A stretch of DNA of 63,622 nt, counting the filler, from Perkinsus chesapeaki ATCC PRA-425 (lineage: Eukaryota > Protista > Perkinsozoa): the NCBI GenBank assembly GCA_013115145.1. It is 5 parts of 5 records of this genome, joined end to end, with 100 filler letters (N's around TTAATTAATTAA, not from the genome) between each part and the next. Parts side by side here need not be neighbours in the genome. Positions count along the whole stretch, not along the records: positions 29,737 to 57,100 come from JAAPAO010000495.1; 4 more parts are not named here. One strand, 5' to 3'. The notes under the pieces are model-generated. The model did no database searches, was not told the DNA's origin, and saw only the letters and a list, made by a program, of their open reading frames with translations. Below are positions 36,224 to 49,196 of this stretch, piece by piece. The position numbers and the translations under genes are program-made. How positions within the stretch are numbered: position 1 is the first letter of the stretch; every line of letters begins with the position of its first letter.

Positions 36224-36285
36224 TAAACTTTAGGCGACTGCTTATCAGTTAGTATAACTCACCAAAGACCAAGGCCGACGATGAA

Positions 36286-36359
36286 TACTCTGGGCGGGAC
36301 TTGAACCCGCAACCTTTGGATTAGAAGTCCAACGCTCTATCCGATTGAGCCACCAGAGC
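36286..36359 (-). tRNA. trnR-UCU: tRNA-Arg(UCU)
   Basis: Full cloverleaf. Confidence 0.95.
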
Positions 36360-36559
36360 CGACAAACTCGTATTGTGGCTCTTTGAGCCCCGCCTTCTCC
36401 ATTTAAGACTCACATGTACTCAACACTGTTGTCAGTAATGGTAACATGTTAAGGAACACAGCAACATCATCATTCTTCAAATGCCCATCTCAAGGCTGGC
36501 CCCATAGGCCCTACTCTAGACATGGTATTCAAGTTGTCAGGCCTGAACAGCAGGTCACA

Positions 36560-39500
36560 AAATCGAAATTCAACGACAGCTAGTCATACCTAATATACGT
36601 TCCTCTATAAGGTGCTTCAATACACATCTCCTCACTGAGACGCGCATCACTTCTAGACGACTCAGAGCCACCTTGAGTCTTCATCACATCTGTGTTTTCC
36701 GCTAACGGAGACGGTTTCATTCTATGCTTACCGTTTGGCTGCCAATTGGGTCGCGGACGAGGCGGAAAGCGTTTTGGTGGTTTCTCAAAATGACGCTTCT
36801 GATCGATTTTAATATTCAGCAGTTCACTGATGACCCTCACCTTTGATACGCTATCCTCTCGGTGAATGTTAATAACTCGTGTAGTGTGTGGTGACTGGTG
36901 TTTGCAACATTCATTCTGAAATCAGCGAAAGATCGATGAAGTATCTTCAACTTCAATTGAATCTTCATAAGTTGGACTTTTCGAGCTGCAAATCGCTCAC
37001 CGATAAGCTACATTCTACTCGAAAGCAACCTGGTTAAAATGTAAAGCGCAAGGATACTAAATGTTCGTCGCAAGCGAATGGTTTTTCTCGAAGTCAATTA
37101 ACCTTTCCGTGAACTCACCGTGAAGAAGTTCTGAGACATGGCAACGGGCTTGCGAAGGCTCTCCAGTGTGACTCGACTTAGCGGATTCAAGATAGGCTGA
37201 CAACATGGATTTCGACAAAGACGGGTCCGGCGGTGTTCCTACCGGAACCTGGTCAACTACTGAGTAAACCTCGCTTGTTTTTGATGAAGTGTTAGATGAT
37301 ACCGATTCAGTCTGATCGATATTCTAATTGCATCCTTCGGCAGAACTACGTACGTCGTCTTTGGTATTATCAACAGGCTTGCGATTAATAGCTTTCATCA
37401 CTCGAGACGACGCTCTGTTCATTAGTGCCTCCAACTTAGAACTGATCCACGACTGAATCTGAATTTGATGCTGTATAAGACAGACTGATTCCAGATCAGC
37501 GTTAGTCTTGAAGCGAGGCGTGCCACAAAGACTCCCCAAGGCGAAATGCTCAGACTCAAAATCGACAAAGGAAACGGTTACCAATGACACTCAAAAAAGT
37601 ACGATCGACGCAGTGGAATGGCATGAGCAAATTGAACTATGATGAACTAGTCCACCTGATTGGTATCAGTAATTGTAAAGAGCTATTAGCCTCCTGGCCG
37701 AGTCCAATTAAGAAATGGAAACCCTCCAACTTTACTTGGAATCGATATAATGATGAAGAATGGCTTACAAACGTGTCTGATACATTATAGTAGAAAGGAG
37801 AGTGGATTATTATAACATCTGGATCATTAGCGATTTTATCGAGGAGATATTATTCTGGTATTACATACTTCATAGTTATCAAGTTGATTGTATTAATAAA
37901 TCATTACTATTAAGCGGAAGTAATAAAGATGAGAAGACTAGATCAACATAAGTAATAGCATTATGATCCGCAACTGTCCTTACTTTTACGGGTATTAAAA
38001 TATGAAATAAACATTTCAAGAACAACCAGCATCCTCCCAGTAAGCCGGTCACTGATGAAGTTAATCTTCTCCTAACATACGAAAATTATAAAATGCTTCA
38101 CCCCGGCAAAAGTGAATGCACGAGGTGGACACTACTGGCAGAATGATAATACATTGAAGCTTATGAGTGTGCTGAAAAAGTTTTCAATTGTGTGTGTTCC
38201 AATAGAGCAATTATGTTGAATACTCTACGGGACATATCAGTACTCTCCTTTACTTCCAAAATGCGGTGTACTTTTTCGGACCTACTTGCACTCCGCAGCG
38301 GTTCTTCGTATGAAAATACAAATGCGCGTCCGCCAGAGAAACTCACGGAAACGACGAGTTAATCGTCTCACACGTGGGTGGGTGTATAGAAGGGCTACCA
38401 GTACCTGGGATTGGACAAAAAGTTGGTATGAGATGGGATTAGGAGCTCACTAGAAATGAGGAACTCCCTAAAATTAAGTGGAAGTCGCCGGTAGGGATAT
38501 CACCGGCTTCGAGATTTGTGATGGCAAGTGTGGAGGTTGCCGGGGTCGAACCTGAGTCCTTCGAATGAAAGATGTGGAACTTCATTCAAGTTGGGTAAGT
38601 CACAATAGACCTCAGCACACTTCATTTGAATTGAACTCCAAGCGGTGAACCTTGTGCAGCTTTGATGGTAGGATGAAAACCCGAAACCCGAAACCCGGAA
38701 AAATGTTTTCGGGTTTCATTAATGGTTGGTGATATCAAATTATGATACTAATTTCCATATTAGCGTTCAGCGCTGGATTATCTCTCGAGCAACTTGAACT
38801 AAGCCAAATTAGAACTTACTAAAGATATCTTCAATTGGTGGCAACACAGTCGTCCGGTATCTGGCACCTTGACAATCGATTCGACATAGATTCCAAACTT
38901 GCCTGCAGAGCCATGGCTCAGCTACAGCTTGACAATAAGCAGAAGTCCACTTGTCACAGAACATCCCAGATGATGGAGAACGAAAGTTACCTAGAAAGAT
39001 GGCGGAAATCTTTGCAGGTGGTAAAATAAGTTACAACAGGAAAACGTCCCAGAGGGCTGATAAGGTGGCGGAGTCTTGAAGCCACTCATCGATACCTGAC
39101 ATGAATCAGATACTGTCATGACGACTTCGTAAAATTAAGCAAGTACCCGGCCCTTTGGGCGACTTGCCATCACCGCGAGAATACAGAATGATGAAGTTAG
39201 AAAGTGATTTTATGGCAAATGTACCAGAATGTGATGTTGTAAGTGAGAATAATGACACATATGACTGAGTTGTTTTCCCGAGACTTGGAAAAAGAAAAAA
39301 GTATGAAAGTTTGTTGGTACAAGGTTTACGTCTTTTTATACATAAGAAGGTATAACGATGTCACTATACTATAAAAAAAGCACCAATTGCCAAGGTAATA
39401 AAATATCCCACCTCCACCGGCTGATTATGTCCACAACATCTGAATGACTCCTCCGGTACTACTACAGCTCGCTTGGTAATATACTGAAGAATACGAAGAT

Positions 39501-41537
39501 AATCTATTAGTGAACTTTAACTTTATAACAACTCCATGATTCACGCGTGACGATGACGGTCCTTTTAATCGTACGGGTTCCGTTCTAATCTCCTTCGTGT
39601 AAATCATTTATGAACGATTATAATTAAATGATTCAACGTGTCAACTTCAACATACTCATACGTCGCCTTGTAAGGCCTAACCGTGACCTACGGTACCGAA
39701 CTCGTGACAAAATTTACAGTACGAACTGTATTCTATGCAGCATCCAGAAAGGACAGAGACAGCTATGGCTCCCATTCGAGAGAGAATTCCACAGGAATGT
39801 GGCAAAGCCTATTATATGATTATATCCTTCATCGGTAGCTCTCTTCATAGAGTATTAAATTATTCTATCAAATAGGTCTCGAAATGAGTTTAATGTCAAT
39901 CCCATCGTAGCCTTATACATATGTTATTGAATAGTCAGTTTATCATACAAATGGAGTTTTTTAGTTATCATTGAAACGATTGAGTGATTGAGAGCTCACA
40001 TTATGTTCAAAAACAGGCTTCCATGCGGTGGTCATATTGTTAACCTCTGGAGAATCTTCTGAGGAGACCTAAAAGATGCATAATGAGATTGCGTGATTCT
40101 TCATTGCAGCGCGAAATGGGAAGCTTCCATCCGGATAGGTCAATGTTCATCCTACCAATCCCTACATGATAAAAGTTACATACTTTTTTCAGTAGAATAT
40201 TATACCGTTGTATGTAAAAACGATTCATGTTGCCCCGGAACAATCGTGAATGCGGCTGCTGCCGTGTCCAATAACGCTTATGATACTTGATTTCTCTTCG
40301 ACAATGGATATCACTGGCAACACACTGGTCGCAGCATTGTATTGTATACATATTTTACTGTTATTGTTTCTAGTGTTATACTTGAGTATACGAGAATATG
40401 TACTATACTAAAGTACATATACTGTAAAGTATGTAAGAATATGTATATGTATGTACAATACTTGTATATAAGAATAGGAACAATTTTTTGTTCGCGATGG
40501 CAAGTGAGTCTAGGCATGCTGGAGCTATGGTTAGCTATGTTATGAGCATCCCAGACCTAACCAAGATTCCGTCTGGCTTAGAAAATGTGACTTAGAAAAT
40601 GATGGTATTCGTTTAGACAAGCTCACGACTAACTACTACTGAGCTGCTACGAGCTACTGAGGGAGTCTCTTGTGTCGCAGGAAAAATAATAGCAATGTTG
40701 CGTACTTCCAAAACATCCATGAGCGGTGGGAGACAGAATTGGTGCTCACCAATCTGACAAGGAAGTTGCAAGAATGACAGTCAACTGGATCTTGAAAATC
40801 GTAGATCTCGCAGAGGCCTCTTGACCACGAAATGTGTCTGAGCAACAACATTGGTATGAACCACTTCTCATTCATGTGGTCAACTGGTATCACATGAACG
40901 TATCGTTCGACGATCAAAATAGGCTCATTATGTGGAGAATATGTTACTAGTACGGAAAAACAAACTATATCGTATAATCATTTATTAGGAACGATTAGTA
41001 ATGGGAATCATTAATAGGAATTTTATCATCTTTCGAGTCAAGGCAGGGAAATGAAAAGCGTTCCCATCGTAACTCCCCAGCAGATCAATTATATCAATAT
41101 GAATTTTATATTAAATAGGCTATCATGTGTTTATCAAGGATATCATCAGTATGAATTCATATAACATATAATAGCTATATACTATAGACCTTTGTTAATC
41201 CCAGCTTACTGTAATTTCAAATTAATACCAATAATAATATTAATCGACAAAATTGTTGATACCATCTCAAGTATGAATCGTGTGAATAAAAGTACTATTT
41301 TACCACACCTCGATAGACCTGAAAATAGCTGTTATTTTCATCGTTCTTTTCTCTCTTACTGCAACATTTCTTTAATCGGTCATGTAGGAATTGTCGAACG
41401 CTAATGTGCGACTCGGGTGGTGACTTTTTATGTAAGTATTGATGGACCTCCCAGTCGAGGGCCATTTCGACCAAAACTTTGTTGTGAAGGACTCTTGCTG
41501 CCCAGCTACCCTCACCGACCGTGGCAGCAGGTCCCAA
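36560..41537 (-). CDS. Large multi-exon hypothetical gene or genes, no domain recognised
   Basis: A series of open exons bounded by gtgag/gtaag...ag, for example MGPAATVGEGSWAARVLHNK, GLCEIYDFQDPVDCHSC and NECCKHQSPHTTRVINIHREDSVSK|KRHFEKPPKR. Confidence 0.4.
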
Positions 41538-41991
41538 CGCACCCGCAAAAGTTGATGATGTGCAAGCTACATTAGTTAAGTGTCCGCGCGAAAGTGCCTG
41601 GCTTGTGTATTTACGCTTGGTATCTGTACGGTACCGCCCTTAATTTGAAATAGAATTTTTTAGTTCTGTGTTTGATGAGATGAAATGAAAAGATAATGCG
41701 ACAGATATTAAGATGGTATTGAGTTGACAAATGCTTTTTGACTTTACATCAGAAATTTGAGGAGCGCGGTGGTGAACAATGGGAAAATACAGAGTCTATT
41801 TCACGTCCTTTCATAGACCAGGTGGCTCGAATAGAATTCATAGCAACTGATATCAACAGCATTAACGGAATAGTCACTAAAACATCATCCTCTATCATCT
41901 TGCGCTGATTTATCGGCGCGCGCCCAAAAATAAGTCGCCAATTCCACCAGGGAGCGGGTCGGAGTAAATAGTTTGCCATCATTACTTAGTT

Positions 41992-42271
41992 ATGTTTCTA
42001 TCTCTAGGCCTTCTCATAACATTATTCCTTCCATCTGCTCTTGGCAGTCTACTGGGTATTAAAAGAACTGCTAATCGTGTAATTGATCGTCATGTACGCC
42101 GCCAAGGACCTCGCGAGAGGCGTGGCTTATAAACATCCACAATTGTTCGCGAAAGGCATCAAAACTGCGATAGGGGCGGTGGGCACGGGGATATCTTTGA
42201 AAAGGAAGATCGATCATGGGTTGAAGAGACATTGTAGGAAGTTGAAGAACATAATAATAAAAGCGCATTAA
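41992..42271 (+). CDS. Candidate small secreted protein
   Basis: Signal-like MFLSLGLLITLFLPSALG. Joining it to DLARGVAYKHPQL requires a 28-nt intron. Confidence 0.3.
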
Positions 42272-42453
42272 GAATGTCAAGTGTTGTCGTGATGTATTGT
42301 TGAGTGTTTTTGTGCCTTCTTAACAAGGTTGAGTTTTCCATTCGACGTTACGTGGTCGTGCAATCGCGTTATCTATAGAAATAAGTCGGATTCTGTATGT
42401 ACCATATGGTACCTTATGGTTTAGGATATCTTACCTTTGAAGTTTTCCTTCTG

Positions 42454-42774
42454 ATGCTCAGCTTGTCGCTCTTCATCGCTTTATTACTTGCTCTGACGCA
42501 TGCGAGTAAGCGTAGTGTAAAGGGGATGAATCGGTATCACTCCGTAGTCGGTGAAAGACAGGTCGTTGGTAACTTAAGGACAATCAGGAATGTGGTAGGA
42601 GGAGTACTGGGGATGGATCCTAAGCAGTTGAAGGAAGGCCTTAAAGAGGGAGTTGAAGCTGCAACCACTTGGGACCAAACAAATCCAGAAGAAAGAGTCC
42701 CCTTTAATACAGAATATATTAGGAGCTATGGTACCACCGATAAAACAGTCGATTCGGTATTCATGAAGCAGTGA
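42454..42774 (+). CDS. Candidate small secreted protein (106 aa)
   Basis: Signal-like MLSLSLFIALLLALTHA at the start of an open frame. Confidence 0.5.
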   Translation: MLSLSLFIALLLALTHASKRSVKGMNRYHSVVGERQVVGNLRTIRNVVGGVLGMDPKQLKEGLKEGVEAATTWDQTNPEERVPFNTEYIRSYGTTDKTVDSVFMKQ

Positions 42775-42916
42775 TGTTTATGGATGTTACGATGTTACGA
42801 TGTGATGATATATTAATGTCTCGTTGAAGTCAAAGATGCTCAATCTCTCCAGTGGATGATGGTGGTGGTTTTGGTGGGGTGAAGGCATGTGGAGGAGCAT
42901 TGTTTGCAGTCTTAAC

Positions 42917-44570
42917 CTAAATTTTACGGTATTTTTTTCTTTGTGGTATATCCTCAGAAGGAGATTTTCTGGGGAATTTTAGCGGAAAATTATGTGGAAG
43001 GGAGAATCGATTGTTTCTTGAAAAGAAATTAATAAGTACTGTATAGAGCCCCTTCGAATGGTATATATTACGGTATTGAACACATTGAATACGATGAGTT
43101 GTGATGGATGCAGGGCCGCCGCTAGTAGGTCGATCTCCGATACATGCACACTGAAGCTCAGAAATTGATAAGAGCCCATCCGACTCACACTGGCTGAAAG
43201 AAGTTTTCAAATGTTCCACTCTAGAGAGATGGGCTGTTATGTTTCAGGGAACATTTTATGACAAGAATCATTTACGAGGAAGGTGTTAATGTAGATTATA
43301 TGTCTCTTAACAAAATACAGATTTACTGCTCAACACTACGTGCATAATAAAGGTTTCATATTAGCTTTATCATCAGCGGAGGTATGTTGTTAAACATATT
43401 AGAAAATCTTAAATTCGTCACGCGCCACGAATTGTGTTACTGTAGATATTTTAGGCATCATTACAGTGTTGTGTAAGTTGGTGCATACGGCAAACTCCAC
43501 TACGACAGATATGGTTAAGAAGATTCTTGATCTTTGGTATTGGCGTGTGCGTACATCTGCACGCAGACGCATAAGGCAGAGAAAGTCTCTATCTGGCGTT
43601 ACACTCGGGGCTAGCTACCCGCGAGATTTATTCGGCAGTTGGGTTTGCTTTTCTATCTCCTATCATGTCATCATCGTCCTCCTCTTCAACTGTGAATCCT
43701 ATGCAGCTGTCTCTTCCAGAGCTTAACCAGCACAAACAGAAGTTGGAGCAAGTAGTTGGATTTGGGCTGAAATGAGGGTTGTTGTTGATGATGCTTGTGG
43801 TGGTGTTTTAGGAAGTTGGGCAGTTGACTGATACCATCACGAAGCTGCGAGTTGCCCAGCAAGCGTGAGTAGTGGTAGTAGTGAAGTATGTGGTTTTTGA
43901 TGAGTTATTGTTATGAGATAAACTTTCATAAAAATTGGAAAAATGAAATACATTATATGTAAATATAAACGGAAAGATTTGAAAAATTTGAAAAAATATA
44001 CTTAATAATAATTATAAAAAATGAATGAGAAATATGAAAGTTAAGGATTAGAGTTTATTGTACAAGAACAATTTAACCATTGTAGTGTGATTTTAATGTG
44101 ATGAAGCTTGAAATATATCTCATAGGAGGTGAATAACATCCATGATAGTCGACTAATGATCTGAAGTCATATTCCACCGTGGTGTTGCATCCTCGAGGTT
44201 TCGTCAGTGAAACGGTTGAAAGATTCCCCGGGGGTTTCGGTGAACTCGATCAACAAGATCGGGAGGAGGGTTGCTGATTGACAAGAAATCTTACTGGGCT
44301 TCCAACCTCGAAAAGTCGAGCTTGATTAAGTCTATGAAACCCTTGCATCGAAGTTGCTGTTATCGGTCGCCGACGGGTCCAACCGAAAGTGGACTGAAAA
44401 TATGTATCGGCAAGAAGGTGCAAATGATCGAGTGTTGTTAGATACGACATGAGCGCCAGAGCCCTCGGGGCGGTTAGCTCGGATAAGGATGAAGGAAAGG
44501 AGACATTAGTACCATTGAGCAACTCGGTGTATGTGAGAGGTAGTAGTAGGGAAGGGACGAACTGGAAGGA
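42917..44570 (-). CDS. Hypothetical multi-exon protein(s)
   Basis: Open exons LTYTELLNGTNVSFP...NQQPS, FTVEEEDDDDMIG and KTSFSQCESDGLLSISEL. Continuity was not verified. Confidence 0.3.
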
Positions 44571-45059
44571 CGGTTTTGATCAGGGAAAGCATGTGATGTT
44601 GATAAAGTGTTGCTAAATGTTGGAACAGGGTAATATAAAGGGAGTTCGGGGAAGGGGTGCCAAAGAGGGGATTTCGGTGATGGAGGTCGAACGGTGGAAA
44701 TTAGACAGCTAATTCTTGTCTATTAGTGGTATCTTTTTTTGTACAACTATCATATATTGTTTATCACTACTATCACTATATGGTTTATTATTATGTATTA
44801 CTAATGAGTGAGACTCAATAACCCGTACTTCTGTGATTTTGCGTGGCATGTTGGCGACATTCACAGAGAAGCTTTACCAGCAGCCCGAGCGCGGTGTGAC
44901 GTGATTCATGGGTCACGCGTTGGTCGTTATTAAGGACCATTGATGAAGAACTTTTTTCGGAAAAGTTTAGAAGGTAAATTTCTTCCTGTGGTTCTTACGC
45001 TTATGGAAAGAGTGTCTGTAAGGTTTCTTGTCATGCGAATGGATTTATTTGGTGCTTAG

Positions 45060-45291
45060 ATACTTTGTCGAGAAACCGACTCCTGCGGCTCAGAAACATT
45101 GCGAAGATCGATCGGGAATGATTAATGGGAATATCGGGAGTCTAGCTAAGGTATCGAAATCGATCGCGTGATCGATTTTGTAGAGCCCTTGTTAGGTGCT
45201 AGGAGAGAAACGGCAGAATTTGGAGATGTGTATGGCTGTGATGCAACAGAAGATGAACCAGCAACAGCAACAACAACAACGTGCTCAGTAG
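45060..45291 (+). CDS. PFDN5: Prefoldin subunit 5-like, last two exons (45060-45150, 45196-45291)
   Basis: YFVEKPTPAAQKHCEDRSGMINGNIGSLAK|VLGEKRQNLEMCMAVMQQKM matches the PFDN5 C-terminal pattern GYYVEK...LQEK...VM..K. Confidence 0.7.
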
Positions 45292-45756
45292 AATCTTAAG
45301 AGTATCTTTTCGCGTGATGAAAAGCATGCTTGAGTTGCTCTGATTAATAGGGAAAAGATAAACGGTAAATCGCATTCCAGGAAGATTATTAATTTTTCCG
45401 AGAGCATTAAGTGTTTGATGAAAGAATGCATCTCATGCTTCGTCGCCTCCACTATATGTATCCATGACCGACCAGCTCTCGACTGTGCTCATGAGGGGGC
45501 ATATTCGATGCTTATTGCTCGGTAAATTGACCGGGTCAGTTTTGGTATTTTTTAAAGGAAGAGCCATGCACCAGTATATACCATGCTACTTGACCCGACA
45601 GCAGAAATGCGGGGGGGGAGGACGGCTGGGATATCGCCGATGCCTGAGTTAATTTCTTATCTACCGGATTCTCCACACTCGACTGCCCATGAATCGAGCT
45701 TTACTCTAGTCCGACGGAAAATCACCTTTTTTTCGTGATAAACATTCGAATTTCTG

Positions 45757-47722
45757 ATGAAAGTTTCATTTTCACGTATGGATCCCTCAACAGAGAACCA
45801 CCAGTACCCAGCGGGGCAATTTCGTGGCGCTGCGGGATTTTTAGCTGCTGGACGAGCGCTGAGTTCGCGGGCGGACAGCGCGGCTGCCCTGCCGGATGCG
45901 GAGACATCTTTGTTGGTTCGGGAAAGGGAAAAAGGAAGGTCCTCGGAGCGAGCGGGAAACACGCTTCCAGAGCCCTGGGAATACTACAGAGATGAGTGGC
46001 CGAGGAAACGGCTGGTCGAAAAGATATTTCCGAGGTTCGTACCAGCTCGAGTGGAGCAGGAGTATAATGTTTACAAACACGACCATGGCGCATTTTTGGA
46101 CTCGTTGAGGACGGCAATAATGGTAGGTGTGGAGAGGGGCATCTGAGTTGTGTCAAAAGAATCGGAATCTGGAATCTGCGCCTCGGGTTGTCCACATTTG
46201 TCGGAATGTACTATTTCCATTCGTCTGTCCATCGGCACCACCTGTTTAACTCTGGCTCATGAAAATTTGATAGTTGACAAATTTTCGACCGACATTGGAG
46301 GATGTGTGTTGTACAGCTTTTCGGTGAGGGACGTCACTCACAGACATTCCTACTCTAGAACATCCGCAGCAACTTCGTAGGGGTCTGTGCGCATTAATTT
46401 GATAGCATAGGAGTGACCAGGTTTTTGGTATCTCCCATTTCAGACGGCAAAATGCTTCAGAAAAGCTCTGTTTGGAACTTTTTACGGTTGGGATGACCAG
46501 GTTGCTGATATTGTTATTAATAATAGCATCTAGACCCGGCCTACTGGGGGTATCTCGTACAGTGCGAGGTTTCACAAAGAGGCTACTTCCGTAGCGTCTG
46601 TCATGAATAGATCATTTAATTCACCGTACAGCTTCGTCTGGCCGATCGCTACTTCAAATGAGAAAATTTGTGAACTGAGCGGGGAAGTCAGATTTTTCGG
46701 CTGTATCGCTGCGCTTCGTAGATGGTGCTTTTTGTCAGATGCGTTTGGTGGGATTATTCTCCTTCTTCTTTTTTCGGTATATTTCCCTCCTACATTCGCA
46801 CGCTCAAGGAGTGTCGCAATTCTGGCCGGGTGCAGCCGGCCAATTTTTCATCCTTAATCTGATGATAAGTCTAGTATATCTTGGGGCTGCCCACTGGATC
46901 CTGCGAGCCTGCCAATGCTTCCACAAATATGTCGAAGTCGGCTCGGTTATTTTTATTATGCATCACGTTTTCTACACCCTACTTGACTCTCAAAGAGCGG
47001 CATTATTGATACAGTTTTTCACGGGCTGGCAAGATACGGCCCTTCATGGCCCGGTCCTTTATGATGACGCAGTTGCAACTTTGGTGGCTTTATTCGGTCT
47101 CACATCAGCGAGCTTATGCGGTCATTTGGGAGTTTTTAAAGTTTTCTTTCTGCTGGTCTACACTATTGTTCTTTATTTCCTCTATATAGTTTTATTAAGT
47201 GATGAGCCCTACCAAACTTGGTGGGAATATATCCTTCTGCACGTCACCGGTTTGGCGTTGATGTCCCTTGTGCTGTTTCTTGCGCTGAGGCGCTGTGACA
47301 TCGGTTGGCGTCACAGATTTATCCAAGGAAGGACGGTTCGGTCGGAGCTGGCTCATCATAGGAAAGTGAAGCCCTTTTATAGCGCTCAGCGCCGACTGCT
47401 CTCGGCGGTGTTCGATACGGTTTTCGTGGTCGGCGGAGAATCTTTCGAAGTTGTTGATGACGACAATCGGAAGTTGGATGAATTTTTCGGCGGCAAAATG
47501 AACATGCTCGGAATGAACTTGCTTTCGCTTTTCGGAGCGGATGAGGCCGACGGCGAATCTTGGACCAGAGCCCCGCCGAGTCGGAGGGAGAGCGAGTACG
47601 AGAGGTTTTACAGCTACATGAGATTGCTGGGAAGTGAGGAGACGAACTGGTATGTCGGGCAGGCGGCGGTCTGGGAACTTTCCTCGGTACAATTTCGTAT
47701 TCGGAGTCGGTTTAGTTTTTAA
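45757..47722 (+). CDS. Hypothetical polytopic membrane protein, probably spliced
   Basis: The 327-aa ORF has about 6 hydrophobic segments. The upstream ORF 45757-46146 ends at a GT donor. Confidence 0.55.
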
Positions 47723-48371
47723 CGATGAGATTCTGTCGGTCTTTTTCGTTAAACGGGAAAAAACCTGCGGATGTTCGGTTCGATGAAACGGCCCGGATGT
47801 GCCGATCTTATAAGGGAGAATTTCATAGACGAAAAAATAACAGAATCTTCAACAAGTTGAACGTTGAGTTTCTTAATTGAGTTATCTCCTCGGCTCGCCC
47901 ACTGAGGGATCGTTGCAGCCTGTGACGGGAAATGATGCTGAAGATGGATATATTAAGACTCATTTTTTCCATATGTTTTGAAGATTATCTATTATTAAAG
48001 ATATCATCTTCGAAGTGCGGGAAAGATATTCTGGTCCACATCTTTACGGAATTATCAGAATTTAGTCGAACTTAGCTCTGCAATTTTTGAAGTATATTTG
48101 ACAAGCTTTCAATTTCGATTAAGGAGTAACCGTTAGCCAGATTTAGAAAAGAAACTTTTTCTGTGCCGTTTTTGTGCGTAATTAGCGAGCGCATCGAGAA
48201 TGGTGTCATTGCGGACAGGGTTGAACCAGATAAGGTATCCCACTGGACCTGACAATTATGGGGGAATTTCGGTCAGTATGTGGGAAAAAGACTTATTTTT
48301 CATTAACAAATTGTCCCACTTCATTATACTGCAAGTCGGACTTATACCTCCTGATGGGATTGTAATTTAAA

Positions 48372-49196
48372 TTGAACCATGCTTTCTTAATTACATTACA
48401 AAAATTATGTGAAGAGTTTTTGCGCCGAATTTCCCATCTTTCTTTCATCAGTGCTGAGCCGGCCAAGTTGATCCATCTTCGGTTCTGCTACGCAAATGAG
48501 GACTCTCGACGTCGTTGTCTCGATGTGGAAATGTTTGGAGTGAAATTTGAGGCCGTGAGAGAGGCCGAATTTGGTCTGGCGGAGTCTAACGGTGGACCAA
48601 ACTCGCTGGCTGAAGAGGAGAATTCTCTGGCGAGTGAAAGATACATTCTGGCGCTTCGGAAGGCGACTTCACCGACTGACAAGATAAAATCGATGGATAG
48701 GTTTTCGCGAGATATGTCGCTGGAAGAAAGCTTCTCCCTGGGCGGTGCCGAGGCAGATTGGATCGACTCGGCACTTTGCTGCCGATTAAAAGATAGGGTT
48801 GATGAGCTCCGAGGGCTGATACGAGAGATTCAAAGTCAAGATGCGTTAATCGATCACTCGGGCGCGCGCGGTTTACATGAAGATGGTATGGATTCGGGGA
48901 GAAGGGTTGTGGAGGAAGCGATGAAAGATGTGGAAATGATAACGAACAAGCAAGGATCGAGAATTGTGACGCCACGAATGGTGTCAAGTGCGGAAAAGAG
49001 GGTAACAGAATTGAGATTTGATGGCGTTGAGGAAATGCAAGCCAGTCAAGATTGCAAGATTTTGTTTGGTGTACCGACTGAAAAAGTGGGAGAGAATGTT
49101 GGATTGAATCTGCAGAGGAATTTTAGAGTTTTGCGAAGAATGAATTTGGAGACTATTAGAGATGACGAGGAGGCTGAAGTGGGGGATTGGGTGTAA
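48372..49196 (+). CDS. Hypothetical protein (terminal exon, coiled-coil-like)
   Basis: 274-aa ORF with protein-like composition. The true start is probably upstream. Confidence 0.55.
   Translation: MNHAFLITLQKLCEEFLRRISHLSFISAEPAKLIHLRFCYANEDSRRRCLDVEMFGVKFEAVREAEFGLAESNGGPNSLAEEENSLASERYILALRKATSPTDKIKSMDRFSRDMSLEESFSLGGAEADWIDSALCCRLKDRVDELRGLIREIQSQDALIDHSGARGLHEDGMDSGRRVVEEAMKDVEMITNKQGSRIVTPRMVSSAEKRVTELRFDGVEEMQASQDCKILFGVPTEKVGENVGLNLQRNFRVLRRMNLETIRDDEEAEVGDWV

Noticed and set aside
38528-38565. tmRNA/tRNA 3'-end-like string (reverse complement ggactcaggttcgaccccggcaacctcca)
   Set aside because: The T-stem pairs poorly, there is no 5' half, and it lies in an open exon-like frame (HLSFEGLRFDPGNLHTCHHK).
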